Positions 12,933 through 26,091 are shown, counted from the stretch's first letter. The stretch is DNA of 64,000 nucleotides from Azolla caroliniana (GCA_043228905.1 JBHGNT010000022.1:10354001-10418000), one strand, 5' to 3'. Notes: generated from the sequence alone by a model not told the origin. Numbers and translations are program-made.

Positions 12933-14727
12933 GTTATTGAAGCGGGACTTTATGAATTAGGTGGAGACCCCAGGAAAGGGGAGGAATGTGTCGGCGCTCC
13001 TCCGGGAGTTTGAGGAACGCTTCGCACGCCTCTCAGCACTGAACAGGACTGTACTGGACACAAGCCGTGTCCTTTTATTCGTCAAAGTTGTGGACGTGCG
13101 GGATCGGGAGCAAGTGGGTCTCCTACTGGAGATGAACCATGGGCTGACGGCCGACTTGGCCGTGGTAAAGGGGGTCAGCGGCCGTTTCGACAAACAGCAT
13201 GAGTGAGTCGACAAGGGCTCATCGGGGGCAGGAGCGGTTGCAGCAAGAAACCTCGAGGGACCCCCACCGACATGCAAGGAGGAAACCCGGGATTGGCTTG
13301 AGACAGACTCGTCCGGTGTGGTCAAGGGCCCGTCCGGGAGAGCGGCTCTGGAAGAACTGACGCAAATGGTACGAGACCTCCAGATTGCACAAGCGGGGAG
13401 GGATGGCGACGAGCAGCCTCGCGACTGAAGGCCTCCGGGTGGGCATCGGTGCTTGTGGTGTGACGCGGTCGGTCACGTCCGAAAGGATTGCGTGGAATTC
13501 GCAGAAGCAATAAGGGCTAATCTAATATACCTATGGAACGGGAGGGTGCACGCTAGCGAGACCCGGAGAGCCTTGGAGCTGAATATCGGACAAGGAGGGA
13601 TGAAGAGACTGATGGAAGAAGTAGCGGCACGCCACGCGGAGACCATCCACTACTCGGCGTTGGCAGGAATCCGGGTCGGGAGTGACGAAGGCCGGAAGAT
13701 GAAAGGCTCTGGGTTCTGGCCAGTGGTGCTAGAAGGCCTCTTCGGGGTGCGGTTGAGAAGGGAGGAAGTGAACCGTGCGGAAAGATGGGTCCGGGAGGTC
13801 ATCAGGTGGAGAAATCCGGTCGAAAAAAATATCGGCTTTGTGGAAGGCGCATGCCAGAACTACAAAGTTCTGGTAGAAGACAAGCGTTCGGGAAAAGCCA
13901 GAGGGGCCGGACCCTCGCAACGGTACGAGACCCGATCCGGGCCGAAGCAAAATGACGCAGGTGCTGCCGGCACACTGGATAAAGCAAAGAAAGCCGGTTA
14001 CTGGTTGAGCACCGAGATCGAAAGAACGACGGACCTACGAAAGGTCCTTGAGGAACGAATCCTCAACAGCAAGGTGGAGTTGTCGTTGAGGGAAGTGCTT
14101 GCGATCGCCAAGAAAGAATTCCATGACTCCATCGTGGACTTGGTGAAGCAGAAAAGGCTTTCGACGGAGCCGGAGCCGGAGCCGGAGAGGCCGGTGGAGG
14201 TGCGAATGACGCACCTAGAAGACATAGCCCTGGAAGACGAGTTGGCGGAAAGCCACTATTCAAAGCTGCATTGGGCAAGGGCCACTACAGAGACCCCGGT
14301 TAGGATCTGGGACGTCCGGGAGCCGTGGGTGGCATTAGTAGACCACGGTTCAGAGATCAACCTGATGTCTATGGACTTCTACAAGAAAGGCAAGTGGTTG
14401 ATCAACACCAAGCACGGGTGGAAAATACGAGTGGCGACGCGCGCCACGTAGGAGCTACATGGGGCATGCCCGAATGTGCGGGTGAAAATCGGTGATGTCG
14501 AGATCGACCACCACTTCTTCGTGCAGGAGACATCCTTGCATCCGGTGATACTCGGAAAACCGTACATTACGGCAGCGCGTATGGACACGAAAGTGCTCGA
14601 TAACGGTTCGACGTACGCACACGTGAAGAGCCAAGATGGACGACACTCCAGCCAATTCTTGACCATGCGACCGAACCATGAGCGCAATCACGAGACCCTC
14701 GGCGGCGAAAGTCGAGGGGATTTTTAG
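12933..14727 (+). pseudogene. Element D gag (C-terminal part), zinc knuckle and protease
   Basis: CLWCDAVGHVRKDC; ALVDHGSEINLM; VILGKPY; ends GGGGATTTTTAG. Confidence 0.85.
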
Positions 14728-14959
14728 AGAGGGCTATCAAGACGTGGGGCCATGATAGTCCGGACACCCCAGAGGATCCCCACACATGTACCATAGGTCA
14801 GAAGTTTTGGTTCTCCGATAGCGGAGGTTGTACGATGGTCGGCATTGTTGGCCGGGAAAAGAAGCGGGCAAAGGAACGGCTCAGGAGATGTCGCCTCCGA
14901 TGAGGAAATTAGTGGCGTCGTGGGTTTGATGACACCCTCGGGGAAATCGGGAAGGTAAT

Positions 14960-15427
14960 TGTTACCGATTAGGAACACGGTCTACGGTCAGTCCTTCGAC
15001 CTAGACCTCAAAGTGACTATGTTGCAACGAATGGTATCGTCATAGCGTAATACTTAGTGGGATACCTCCCGTAACCTAGTAGCGTATAAGGGAGACGGCT
15101 ACAACCGAACTCCTTAGACAGTGGACTAGCAACCACACTGTTACTCACACCTATGCTCTTACGACTACGCTACGCCACCAAGGATCATAGACACACAACA
15201 GATTAACCACAGATACGCACAAATATCAGAGAAGATAGAACTCTCTTAAGATACGCCATTTACATTCAAAATTACACGCTACCTCTATCAGAGGATTTCT
15301 ACCCTTTATATACACTGGGTCTTTTTAGCCGTTCACGCTTCCCGCGTGAACCGTTAACATGCGTTACAATTTTACTATATTATATTCCTACGCTCCTGTC
15401 CGTCGGTTACTATTCCGGCGAACAACA
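14960..15427 (-). repeat. 3' LTR of E
   Basis: Highly similar direct repeat of 21488-21955. Confidence 0.95.
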
Positions 15428-15470
15428 CCTGGCACGCCTGTGGGACAGTGCCATGGCACGTCAGACCCAC
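15428..15470 (-). other. tRNA-3'-half mimic at the PPT position of E
   Basis: Sense strand GTGGG tctgac gtgc catg gcac tgt CCCAC AGGCGTGCCA gg|LTR. Confidence 0.8.
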
Positions 15471-15473
15471 CTT

Positions 15474-18332
15474 TTAATCTTCCTCCAAATTGGCCCGGAT
15501 GTTTGGTTGTGCTCCGGTGTCCGAGTTCGGGGACGGCATAGTGTATGTAGGCACGTCGGTACGTGGTTCCACTACCTGCTCGGGAGGGCTACCTATGGCG
15601 TCGCTGGCTTCTTGTGTGGGCGGTCCGGGCTCTGCGGGCTCATCGTGTGCTATGGTGGCCGGTTCCGTCGTTGGCGGGATTGCGGTAGGTCGGGGTTCTA
15701 TCTCGTCCATAACCTCCTCCGTGTTGTCGGCCGTAGTCACGTGCTCTAGCGCGTGAGGCTGGGGTTCCTCTTGATCGACGGTTTCGTTTATTGGTATCAC
15801 GAAGGACTCCGCTTGTTGTTCCGTGTTGTGCACCGTAGTGGTTCTTTCCGGTGACATGGGCTGAGGTTCCTCTTGTTCGGCAGTATTCGGAATAGGTATC
15901 ACAATGGATTCCTCGTTGGTTCGCGTGCTGCCGACTTGCGTGATTTGGTGAAACAGGTCCTCCTGACTTTCACCAAAACCGTCTCGTAGCTATAGGAGTT
16001 CCTTGGAGTGTTGATTCGCTAGCACACGATAATCCTACACTAGGTCCTCGCGTACTACCGCAATGCTTTCCACATTGAGCTTGTAGAACCCGTGACCGTC
16101 TTTCCTTCGGTTCTCCCAATCCGCCCGGTATGTATGCAACTCTGCCTCTTGTGCGGCCCACACTGTCCAGCCTTTATTGAGCACCGCTTTTAATTGCGCC
16201 GTAAACCTCTCCCGATTTGTTTGAAGAAGTATGCACACGTTGTCGGTTATTGCTTGGCAACGGTTGCGTGCTTCTTCTATGGTCTTCCTGAGGTTGTCAA
16301 TTTCCTGTTTATTAACCGTTGCCGCTTCCTCATAAGTGCTCCTCATTCCTGCCCATAGCTAAGATTCCTTCGAATGTAATTCCTCCAGCCTGCCCATTTC
16401 ATTGTTCAGACGGATTTCGAGTTGATGCCTTCTCTCTTGTTCCCCTACCAGTTGTTCGTCAAACCATGCTTTCTTCTTCTCCAATAAGGCCCGGAGTCCC
16501 GCAATTGCCACTTCCGATTTTTTCGCTTCCTCCCGTAATTGGGCGTTTTCTTCTTTCGTTCGGGTGTGCTGTGCTGCCTCCGCTGCGAGTTTCTCTTCAA
16601 GGGTCCTCACTGCCTTTCGGCCGTTGGCCTGGATGTCCTTTTCTCTGTCCAAGGACTGGCGAAGTTCGGCGCGGAGACGATCAAATCTCTGATTCTGCCA
16701 GTTGCACGACCCGTTTCGCTTTCGAGGCAATGGCGGTCTGAGCTTCAATTTCTTCCCTCAGGGCTTCGACAGCGTTGGTTGTTGGTGGAGCTACCTGTTG
16801 CGCCGTAGTTGTGTTACTTTCCAACTCCATGATGCATTCATTGGCCTTTTCTAGCTTGGCTTGAGTCAGTTTAATCGTTTTCCAGACATTTTTATTTTTA
16901 ATCGCCATATCCTTGGCGCCCATACTGACCTTCGCCAGTTCCCTATGAACTTCAACAAGGGCCGCGTTTAATAGGGGTAGTTCCATCCCCATTCGGCGTA
17001 TACCGGCGTTCCTCTGTCTGTCGACTCTGTCTAACTGATTCTCATCGCGTTTTCCGCCGTTTGTGTTAACGCGCGCTCAATCATTTGGTGCTCCGCGTGC
17101 TCCTCGGCCATTCATTGTGAGACTTTTATCTGTTGCATTGCCAAGAATTCCATGAGTTCAAAAGTTGTTCCAAACTGTAATAGTGCGCCGAACTCATGGG
17201 TCGTGTCCAGAATGTTCGGATACACCAGGACCTCGCTTTCCGTCGTCAATACGCCTTTCCCCCGCTATGACTAGGCCGTAATGATCGGCCGTGGTTCCCA
17301 GATTACTTCGAAGGTGGTGTTGGGCTCCGTAGCTACGGAGTTGTCGCCCACGGTCATCGTCTCCATGACCACGAGTGTGTCTTTAACTAACCCGCGCCCA
17401 TCCTTCCTATCCAACCTCTGCCGTTTAGGCCTCGGGCTTCCTTGGCGTGTCTCAACTTCCGGTTCCTATGCAAGTTCCTCGGTGTGCTCCGCCCACTGTT
17501 CCTGTGTTGTTCGCATGTTAGGCTGGGGTTCATCCTCCCACTCTATGGTGGCCAACTCCGCTAACCTTCGCTTCGCAGATCGTGGTGGAGGTGTGGGTTT
17601 GCTGGCCTGGGGTGCCGGCAAACCTCGGGGTGGGAACAGTATCGTCAGATACTATTGTATTATAGGCCTTAGCTTTTTCCCTCCTTGGTACGCGTGCAAG
17701 CCTTCTCATAATGTCGGTCCCGTAATGACCGCCCAATCGATTGTGCGCCCTTCAAAGGTATCAATGATGATACCTGCCTTTTGCTTGGGCATCCCATATG
17801 CGTTTACATGCATGCATCCGACTTCCAACATGAACTTGGCGATTTCGCGGAAGAAGGGGTCGGGGATTTCCTTCGTTCTATATGCCTTGGCGGACGCCGA
17901 ATATGGCCCGAAATATCTCTGCAACGTTTCCGTAGGAGGGATTTCGAAATGCCTTTCACCCAGTGATGACAAGTCAAGCTTTTTTCGGATGGATGAGTTA
18001 GTGATCGTGTCGATGTTGAGCTTCCTAGCGATGTCCAGTGCATCAGGGTGTGGAGGTGCCTTGGCGACTCTGATGTACCCATCCAAGCGTTTCTCCACGA
18101 GCCATCGACGCAATGTAGTAGAGATGGGTATCGGCATAGTCGGAATAGGCTCGTGGCTAATGGGTGAAGACTGTTGGCTGCGGCGAGCTTGAGCTCTGTG
18201 ATAGGATGGAGAAGAGGGTGAGGAAGGGGAGCGATGAGAGCAATGAGAGTTAGAAGGTTGATTTTTGTATTATGCAGAAAACCTTCTATTTCCTTCTTTT
18301 TGTGGCCTAAGGTTCATTGGTCGGTGAGCCAT
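15474..18332 (-). pseudogene. Extra 3' ORF of E
   Basis: MAHRPMN start as in F; LRRWLVEKRLDGYIRVAKAPPHP...YFGPYS...IDWAVITG; coiled coil; KGWTVWAAQEAEL...GHGFYKL. Confidence 0.82.
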
Positions 18333-18495
18333 TGTGGTGCCGCGTGTTCTTGGCCTAGAAGTCTGTGCATGCCTTGAGTCTTGTTAATAGCGTCGCTATC
18401 TTCTCTCTTTTTTTCTTTTTCTTTTTTTTCTTTTTTTTTCGTAACGATTACTTACAATATTATTTTTACACTATAGTACAAGTGGGGCCTTACAT

Positions 18496-21120
18496 TTACT
18501 CTGCAAATTCTCCGGCTTTGTCCTGTCCGGTGGGGAACGGGTGGCATAGGTCCCGGATAAGGTTTAAGGCGAAACCCATACACTTTTTGTCGTAACACTT
18601 CCCCGGCCAACGTGCCCAATTGAAACGTGCTCTATTCAGCTCCCACTATCCAGTACAGGCCTGTCCAGCAGAATCTTAATTTTCTTGGCATATGCCCCAT
18701 GCGTGTTTGGAAAACTAATACCACTTTTCCAACCGTAAAATCTTTTTCACGCGCATGTCGGTGTCGGTCCATGAAAGCTTTGCGCCGCCGCTCCGGCTCC
18801 AATATGGCCATACTACATAACCTTGTTTCTCCTAGCTCTAGCAGTTGTTGTAGTCGTACTTGTTCGGATTTTCCCTCTGGTAGCTGGGCTCGTACTTGAA
18901 TCTGTAAACTAGGTACCTGGAATTCGACTGGCATCACGGCCTCCAGACCAAATGCTAGCCTAAATGGCGTCGATTGTATGTTGGTCTTATAGCTGGTACG
19001 GTGTCCCAATCCTTCTTGTTCTCATTGACTATCATTTTTAGGATAGTTTGTAGGATTTTGTTCGTGGATTCTGCCAAGCCATTTGCCTGCGGGTAATACA
19101 ACGTACTTTTTTTGTGCACCACAGTGTAATGTTGGGTCAGTTCGCTGATGACCGTATTCAGAAAGTGACTCCCTTGGTCACTAATGAGCTCGATAGGGCA
19201 GCCGAAACGACACCAGATGTGTTCGTAAAGGAATTTCGTCGTGACTGTCGCGGTATTCTCGCGTAGTCGTTTCGTTTCTACCCACTTGGTACAATAATCC
19301 ATAGCCACCAGGATGTACTTATTGCCCGTTCGAGCGGCCGCCGGGGTAAAGGGTCCCACGAAATCTAACCCCCACTTTTGGAAAGGATCTAGTGGCAACA
19401 CTAGTTGGTGTGGCATTCTTGCGACTTCCGTGGGCTAGCCCAGTCGTTGGCATAAATCTCACTGTCTGTAATATTCATACGCGTCCTTTTGCGTCGTTGG
19501 CCACCAAAGTTTTGCTTGCCAAATTTTCCGGGCCGTAACATCGCCCATGTAATGTCCTCCTATCGTACCATAGTGTGCTTCGCGTAGAACCATGGCCTTC
19601 TCATCCTATCGTATTCCGCGCCTCCAGATGCCATCACTACCCTTGTGGTATAGAATGTCTTCTACTAAACAAAAATTTCGACTTCGTATGGCCAGTCATT
19701 TTTTTTCATCCGTCCGTAATAGGGGTGGCAGTAACCCCGTGGTCAGGAAGTAGGTCATTTCCATGAGCTACCGATCCGGGAAAGTCTTCTTAGTTCATTC
19801 TGCTAGCGTTGCTACCAGTAGAATGTCCGCATCGGGAAAGTCATCGTCATCCTTCGCGTCGTTTCTCCATTATCGAGTCTACTCAAGAAATCTGCCACTA
19901 TGTGTTGTGTACCCAAGTGGTGCTGAATTACAAAGTCGAATTCTTGAAGTAGCAACACCCATCTAGGCAATTTCCCCGTCAGCGCTTGTTTCCCTACCAA
20001 ATATAGCAGTGTCGAATGATCCACGTGAAACGTGAATTTCCGCCCTAGCAGATAATGCCGGAATTTATTGATGTTGTAGATCATACCCAATGCCTCACGT
20101 TCCGTTGTGGAATAGTTACGCTCAGCCATTGATAATTTCCGACTAGCGTAGTACACTGGCTGGTAACAATTCGGCTCCATGAGCTGCATTAGCGCACTAC
20201 CTATTGCTATGTCTGAGGCATCTACGAACACGTGGAATCGCTTCGCCCAAACTCGTGGCTATATGACGGGTGCCTACGTTAGCATTACCTTTAACGCATC
20301 ATATGCCTTCTCTTTCGTAGCTGTCCATTGGAAGGGAGTCCGATGAACGGGGGCATGTAACAGCGTGGCAAAGTCTGCCAAATAGCGTATCATCCGATTG
20401 TGCCATCGTATTTGTCCTAAAAAACGGTTGAGTGCTTTCGCGTTTGTCGGCGTTTTCGCGTGAGTAATCGCGGAGATTTTATTTGGATCGGCCGCTATCC
20501 CTTCCTTGCTGACTATATGGCCGAGGAGAGCCCCGTTGGTAATGCCGAAGGCGATTTGGCGGGATTCAAGCTTAAGCGTGCGGTTCGGCAACGCTCCAGG
20601 CAAAGCTATAGATGCGTAAAATAGTTGGTTGTTGTCCCATATACCACAAAATCTTCTAAAAAAACTTGCATGAAGGCCGGAATATATTCCCCAAAAATCT
20701 CCTTGATTGTCCGTTGAAATGTAGTCGACGCCATCTTTAGCCCGAACATCATGACGACTACGACATAGACTCCCCAGTCCGTGACAAACGCCGTTTCTCT
20801 TGGTTGTTGGGGTGCACGCGTACTTGGTTGTACCCACTGAAGCCATCTAAAAAGTTGTACATGTCATGCCATGCGACGACGTTCAGTACGCTATTGGTAA
20901 ACGGTAAAGGGAATGCGTAAGTAATGGTTACGGCGTTCAATTTCCGGTAGTCCACGCATACACGTATTTTGCCATTTTTCTTTGGTACGACTACTATCAG
21001 GCTTAACCATGTAGCTTGTTTGAATGGTCGTATGAATCCCGCCTTGAGGATTTTGTCAATTTCTTCTTTTACGCGGGCCGCGTAGTTTAGGTTCATACAG
21101 TATCGACGCTGCTGGACCAA
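18496..21120 (-). pseudogene. Element E pol (RT, RNase H, integrase)
   Basis: CVDYRKLN, FLDGFSGYNQV, FVDASDIAIG, KWGLDFVGPF, YYPQANGLAES. Confidence 0.92.
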
Positions 21121-21470
21121 CATTCCAAACATTTAAGAACGGTCGAATGTGGGTTGCGGCATCGGTTTTGTCGTTGAAGCGGGGGTAAGAAAAGGCCATG
21201 TTGGATGCTATGAAGGGCAGGGAAAGACCATAGTGCTTATGTGGTGAGCGCGCTTCCTACGTGTCGCCGAGGTATTTGGGGAGCGAGAAATCGTCTTTGT
21301 GGTCCCGACAGGTATCACTAAGGTTGCCAAGGCTAGGTTTCTGCCATGTGCGCTCCTCTGCCTGGCGTGTGATGGACGATGTGATTGGTCAGTCTTGTCA
21401 GGTTGGTTCTTTGGGTCGTCTGCGGCTAAACATCCATTTGTCATTGTTCATCTGTGAGGAGACACAGATC

Positions 21471-21483
21471 ACCAAGCGTGCCA
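21471..21483 (-). other. PBS of E (tRNA-Arg-like)
   Basis: TGGCACGCTTGGT 4 nt inside the 5' LTR. Confidence 0.8.
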
Positions 21484-21487
21484 AAAG

Positions 21488-21955
21488 TGTTACCAATTAG
21501 GAACACGATCTACAGTCAGTCCTTCGACCTAGACCTCAAAGTGACTATGTTGCAACGAATGGTATCGTCGTAGCGTAATACTTACTGTGATACCTCCCGT
21601 AACCTAGTAGCGTATAAGGGAGACGGCTACAACCGAACTCCTTAGACAGTGGACTAGCAACCACACTGTTACTCACGCCTAAGCTCTTACGACTGCGCTA
21701 CGCCACCAAGGATCACAGACACACAGTAGATTAACCATAGATACGCACAGATATCAGAGAAGATAGAACTCTCTTAAGATACGCCTTTTACATTCAAAAT
21801 TACACGCTACCTCTATCAGAGGATTTCTGCCCTTTATATACACATGGTCTTTCTAGCCGTTCACGCTTCCCGTGTGAACCGTTAACATGCGTTACAATTT
21901 TACTATATTATATTCCTGCGCTCCTATTCGTCGGTTACTATTCCGGTGGACAACA
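21488..21955 (-). repeat. 5' LTR of E
   Basis: TG...CA ends, TATATAAAG on minus strand near 21835. Confidence 0.95.
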
Positions 21956-23337
21956 GTAATCGAAGAAGGCCTCAGTGAAGCCGGATGATTCCGGTTAACT
22001 CGGTGGAAATGTACGAAGTCATTACCGACCTAGGGGAAAGGGTCAGGTCAGATCAGATGGCTTGCGTGTATACAAGGTACAAGACTGTGGACCGGAAGGT
22101 GAGGCCAGTTGCGGCACCCTTGCCGAAGGGCAGTGGGTTATGGAGGAAAGGGGTCGCATCGGACCCAAGTCTACGGGATCCGGCCGGCATAGGACACCGG
22201 TTCACCAACATAACGCTATGGGAGCTCAAGGTTGGTGGGGGTGGCTTCCTACTGCCGGCGGAGGAGGAACTGTTTTGGAGAATGCTCGGGAGTCACAGGA
22301 AGGCCTTCGCATTCTCGCTGGAAGAGTTCGGGTGCGTGGACCTGACGGTTGTTGAGCATATGGTTATTTTTACGGCACCGCATGTGCCGTGGAATCTTAA
22401 ACCGATTCCAGTACCTAGAGCTCACATCCTGAAGCTGATGAAGCTACTGAAGCAGAAGGTGGAGATGGGCATCCCCAAACCGTCAAGTGCCCCATACTCG
22501 AATCGGTGGTTTACCGTTCCTAAGAAGAACGGCACATTGCGCTTCATTCAGGACCTGCAGTTGGTCAATAAAGTGACCATTCGGAACGCAGGAGTCGGAC
22601 CGACGATCGACGAGTTTGCAAAGGCCTTCGTTGGGAGGTCGATCTATTCGGTCAGGGATCTATACTCAGGGTACGACCAGTTCCACCTTGCCGAGGAGAG
22701 CAGGGATGTCACGACGATGCGGACACCTCTCAGCTTAGTGTGGATGTGTACCCTGCCGCAGGGAGGGACAAACTCAGTGGCGCACATGGTGAATGCAATG
22801 AACAAGGTGTTGAGGGACTGCATCCCGGACATCACCATGCCCTTTCTGGACGATATATCAATAAAGGGGTGCCCAGTGGAGGATAAGGATGGAACGGTTG
22901 GGCCGGACGGATGTCGGAGATTCATGGCGCACCACATTGACGACTGCGAGAAGGTACTGCAAAGACTAGAGGGTGCGCGGCTCACACTCTCCGGAGAGAA
23001 GTCGGCTTTCGGGCAGTCAGAGATCCTTGTGGTCGGTCACCTGTGCAGGCCTTACGGCCGGAAACCATCTCCGGCAAAGGTAGAGGCCATCTCCGCAATG
23101 AAGGAAGAATGCAAGTCAGTTACGGAGGTGTGGAGGTTCCTGGGGGCATGGCGTTCTATCACATTTGGATCCCGCACTACGCACACGTCGTAGAACCGCT
23201 CTACGGGTTACTAAAGAAAGGCGAAAATTCGAATGGAGTAACGAACATATGGAATCGGTCCGGAGATTGAAAGAGGCGCTTACCGCGGCACCGGCTCTCC
23301 GAAAGGCCACCAATGGCAAGGAGGTCCCCGTCTACAT

Positions 23338-24474
23338 TGTCGTGACGTGGCTCGCCTAGAAGCGTAGCGTTGCGCACACAAAGGATAACGTGAAAGTGAG
23401 GAAGGAATCACTGGGATTATGGACGGAAGAGACGAAAGAGTAGAGATGGAGTGAATAGAGATCAATAAGACATGACAAAATAGGATTTTTAAGGAATATA
23501 AGATAAGACAAGATAAGATATAAAATAATATATGAGAAAGTGTATAAAATTTATAATCATTTTCATGAAAGAGTTACAAAATGATTGTGCACGTCGTTGA
23601 ACCTCCGAACTTTGTCTTGCAAGGTAATCGCTCTTCTCTTTCTTGATCGTAGACCACCACAATCTTCACTTCAATATTTTGATGAAGATAAGGCTCAAAC
23701 CGCCTCCCTCTTGTTGAGAGTTGACCACCACGACCGCCAAGCTAGAGCTCCACCTTTATGTTGAACTTCTTCCTTTCTCTCTCTATTTTATGGTATCTCT
23801 TATGTAATATATATTTGATTGATATCTCATACGTCTCTCTTTGATCTTCTCTTTCACCCTTTAAATAGGTGCCCCCATGCATATGATGCATTGGAGGGTA
23901 CAAGTCATGCATGTAGTGCATGAAATGAATGTGATGCATGATCGCCATTTGGCGTTCATGCATTACATGTGATGCATGATAAACATCTCGCTCATTTGAG
24001 CTTTTATGTATGAAACAATATATACAATAACAATAAACATGAAAATAAAGAGAAAGGGCCTAGCCTAATGGTAGGTGTGTTGACTTTGGTGTATGAGGTT
24101 GTGGGTTTGAGTCCCAAAATGCTATTGAATACAACAACAACTTTATTTTTATATCATGAAGCAAATCCTTTATGTAATATAAAGTATATATAAAGTATGC
24201 TTTATTTTATGTATATTACTAGTATAGAGTAAATGGTAAGATTTGAGAGTCATAGGGTGGGATTATTGGTTCAAGTCCTCTCTTGTTCGTGTAATATAAT
24301 ATATTTATCTATATATATATATATATATATATTATTTTTCTTTACATATATATCTAATATTATCATATGTGTTATTAATATTATCTTTATATATAAAACA
24401 TTATCAAATGTTATTTTAGTTATGTATTTATCTTATTGTAGATTTTTAATGTGAAGCTTTCGTACTTCACGACA
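23338..24474 (-). mobile_element. Solo LTR (1137 bp) related to the J LTR, 4-bp TSD
   Basis: TGTCGTGA...TCACGACA ends; flanks ACAT/ACGT; removal restores GTC TAC GTA ACC GTA GAC (VYVTVD); 23865-23985 homologous to 42855-42975. Confidence 0.85.
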
Positions 24475-25827
24475 ACGTAACCGTAGACACAAGCCCGATT
24501 GGGATCCGATGGGTGATCAATCAGGAGGACGAGAGCGGCGTGTGGTTCCCCATACGGTTCGGGACGAAGGTATTGAGCGAGCGACAGCGAGGATACGCCC
24601 AAGTCAAGCGCAAACTGTGGAGTATCGTTTCGGCAGTCAAGGCCGACAAGGACTATCTAATTGGGACGTAAGTAATAATCGAGACGGATTGCCTACCGGT
24701 TCTCGGTATGGTTTCCGGATATGCGACTCCGGACCTGGCAATGCTCAGGTGGATCGCGTACATCAAGTCTCTAAATCCGGAGATGCGACACATCTCCAGT
24801 AAGGACAACATCATGGCCGATATGCTTTCAAGAGCACCGCATGGCATGGCATGGTTTCGGCATTGGCATGGCATGGCATGGTTTCGGAGATGGCATGGCA
24901 TGGTTTCGGAGAATGAAGAAGTTGGTGAGGACTTCTTCGAGTCGGCCCGCATAGTGGAGAGGGTTGGGAGCACTCCGGTGCTTAATGAGTTCGACGAGAG
25001 CAAGTACGACAGGGAGTGGCCCAGATCGGTGGGTTCCTAAAGACGATGACGCCGGAGGTGGTGTGGACAAGGGAAGAGGCTAACCGGATCTGGAAGAAAG
25101 CGTACCGATTCTTCCTACAGGACAGAAGCATATGGAAGCACCCGAAGAAGCGAGACGGAGTCCCACTCCGGGTGGTGGCAAGGAAGGAGGAGCAGGAAGC
25201 ATTGCTAACGGCATACTACGAGAGTCCTTGGGCCGGACACCAGGGGACATGGGCCACGTTCGAGAAGTTGAAGGAGAAGTATTGGTGGCCGGGACTATAC
25301 CGAGACGTGCATTGGTTCATAACAACTTGCGAAAGCTGTCAGATGCATTCCATAGTCCGACATCGGGACGAGCTGCACCCGACTTAGCCGTCGACCGTCC
25401 ACTTCAAGTGGATGGTGGATCTAGTGACGAGGCCGATGGGGGTAGGGCAGATGCAGTACCTGGTGCTAGCACGAGAAGATCTGACGAACCAGGTGGAGGG
25501 CCGAGCATTACCAAACAAGACAACCGCGGTCATATGCCGGTTCCTAATCGAGGAGGTGGTGTGTCGGTACGGGTGCGTAGGGAAGATCATAGCGGACCGT
25601 GGAGAACTGGATGCACAAGAGGCCGAAGAGCTATTTGAACAGTTATGGGTTAAACTCTCACTCACAACGGCGTACAATTCGGAGGCAAATGGGAAGGTGG
25701 AATGCGGACATGGGCCAATCGTAAAGGTGTTGGTACAGGCCTACGGAGGTCAGGTCAGGAATTGGTCGCAGCTCCTACCCTACGCATTGTGGGCAGACCG
25801 AACTACGCACAGCTCGGTAACCGGGTT

Positions 25828-26091
25828 TGTTGAAAAACAGCGCTCGGCCACAACCGAGGAATAGGATCAACTCACAGAAAACGGGAAATACAAAGTGCAC
25901 GAGGACAATAGAGAGAAAGGTACACTGGATGTTTTACGTGGAAAACCCTAAATGGGAAAAACCACGGGAGTCCTCAAACTCCAACTATCACTATGAACAG
26001 AGATGTACATTGGTGAAGCTACAAGGCAACAACCTTGAGCTCACTGTCTTCGCCACAGGCGGCGGTAATACACAGAGGCAACGACCTCTTC

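Larger units (their letters stand above)
14960..21955 (-). mobile_element. OTA-like gypsy element E (same family as F), both LTRs, gag-PR deleted
   Basis: LTRs 14960-15427 and 21488-21955, perfect TSD GTAAT (14955-14959/21956-21960). Confidence 0.94.

Noticed and set aside
17281-18192. 303-aa plus-strand ORF as an antisense gene
   Set aside because: It is the shadow of the conserved minus-strand extra ORF; the protein conservation among C, E and F is on the other strand.
24054-24125. Functional tRNA gene
   Set aside because: Only A and B boxes and part of the T-arm are recognisable; acceptor and anticodon stems do not pair.
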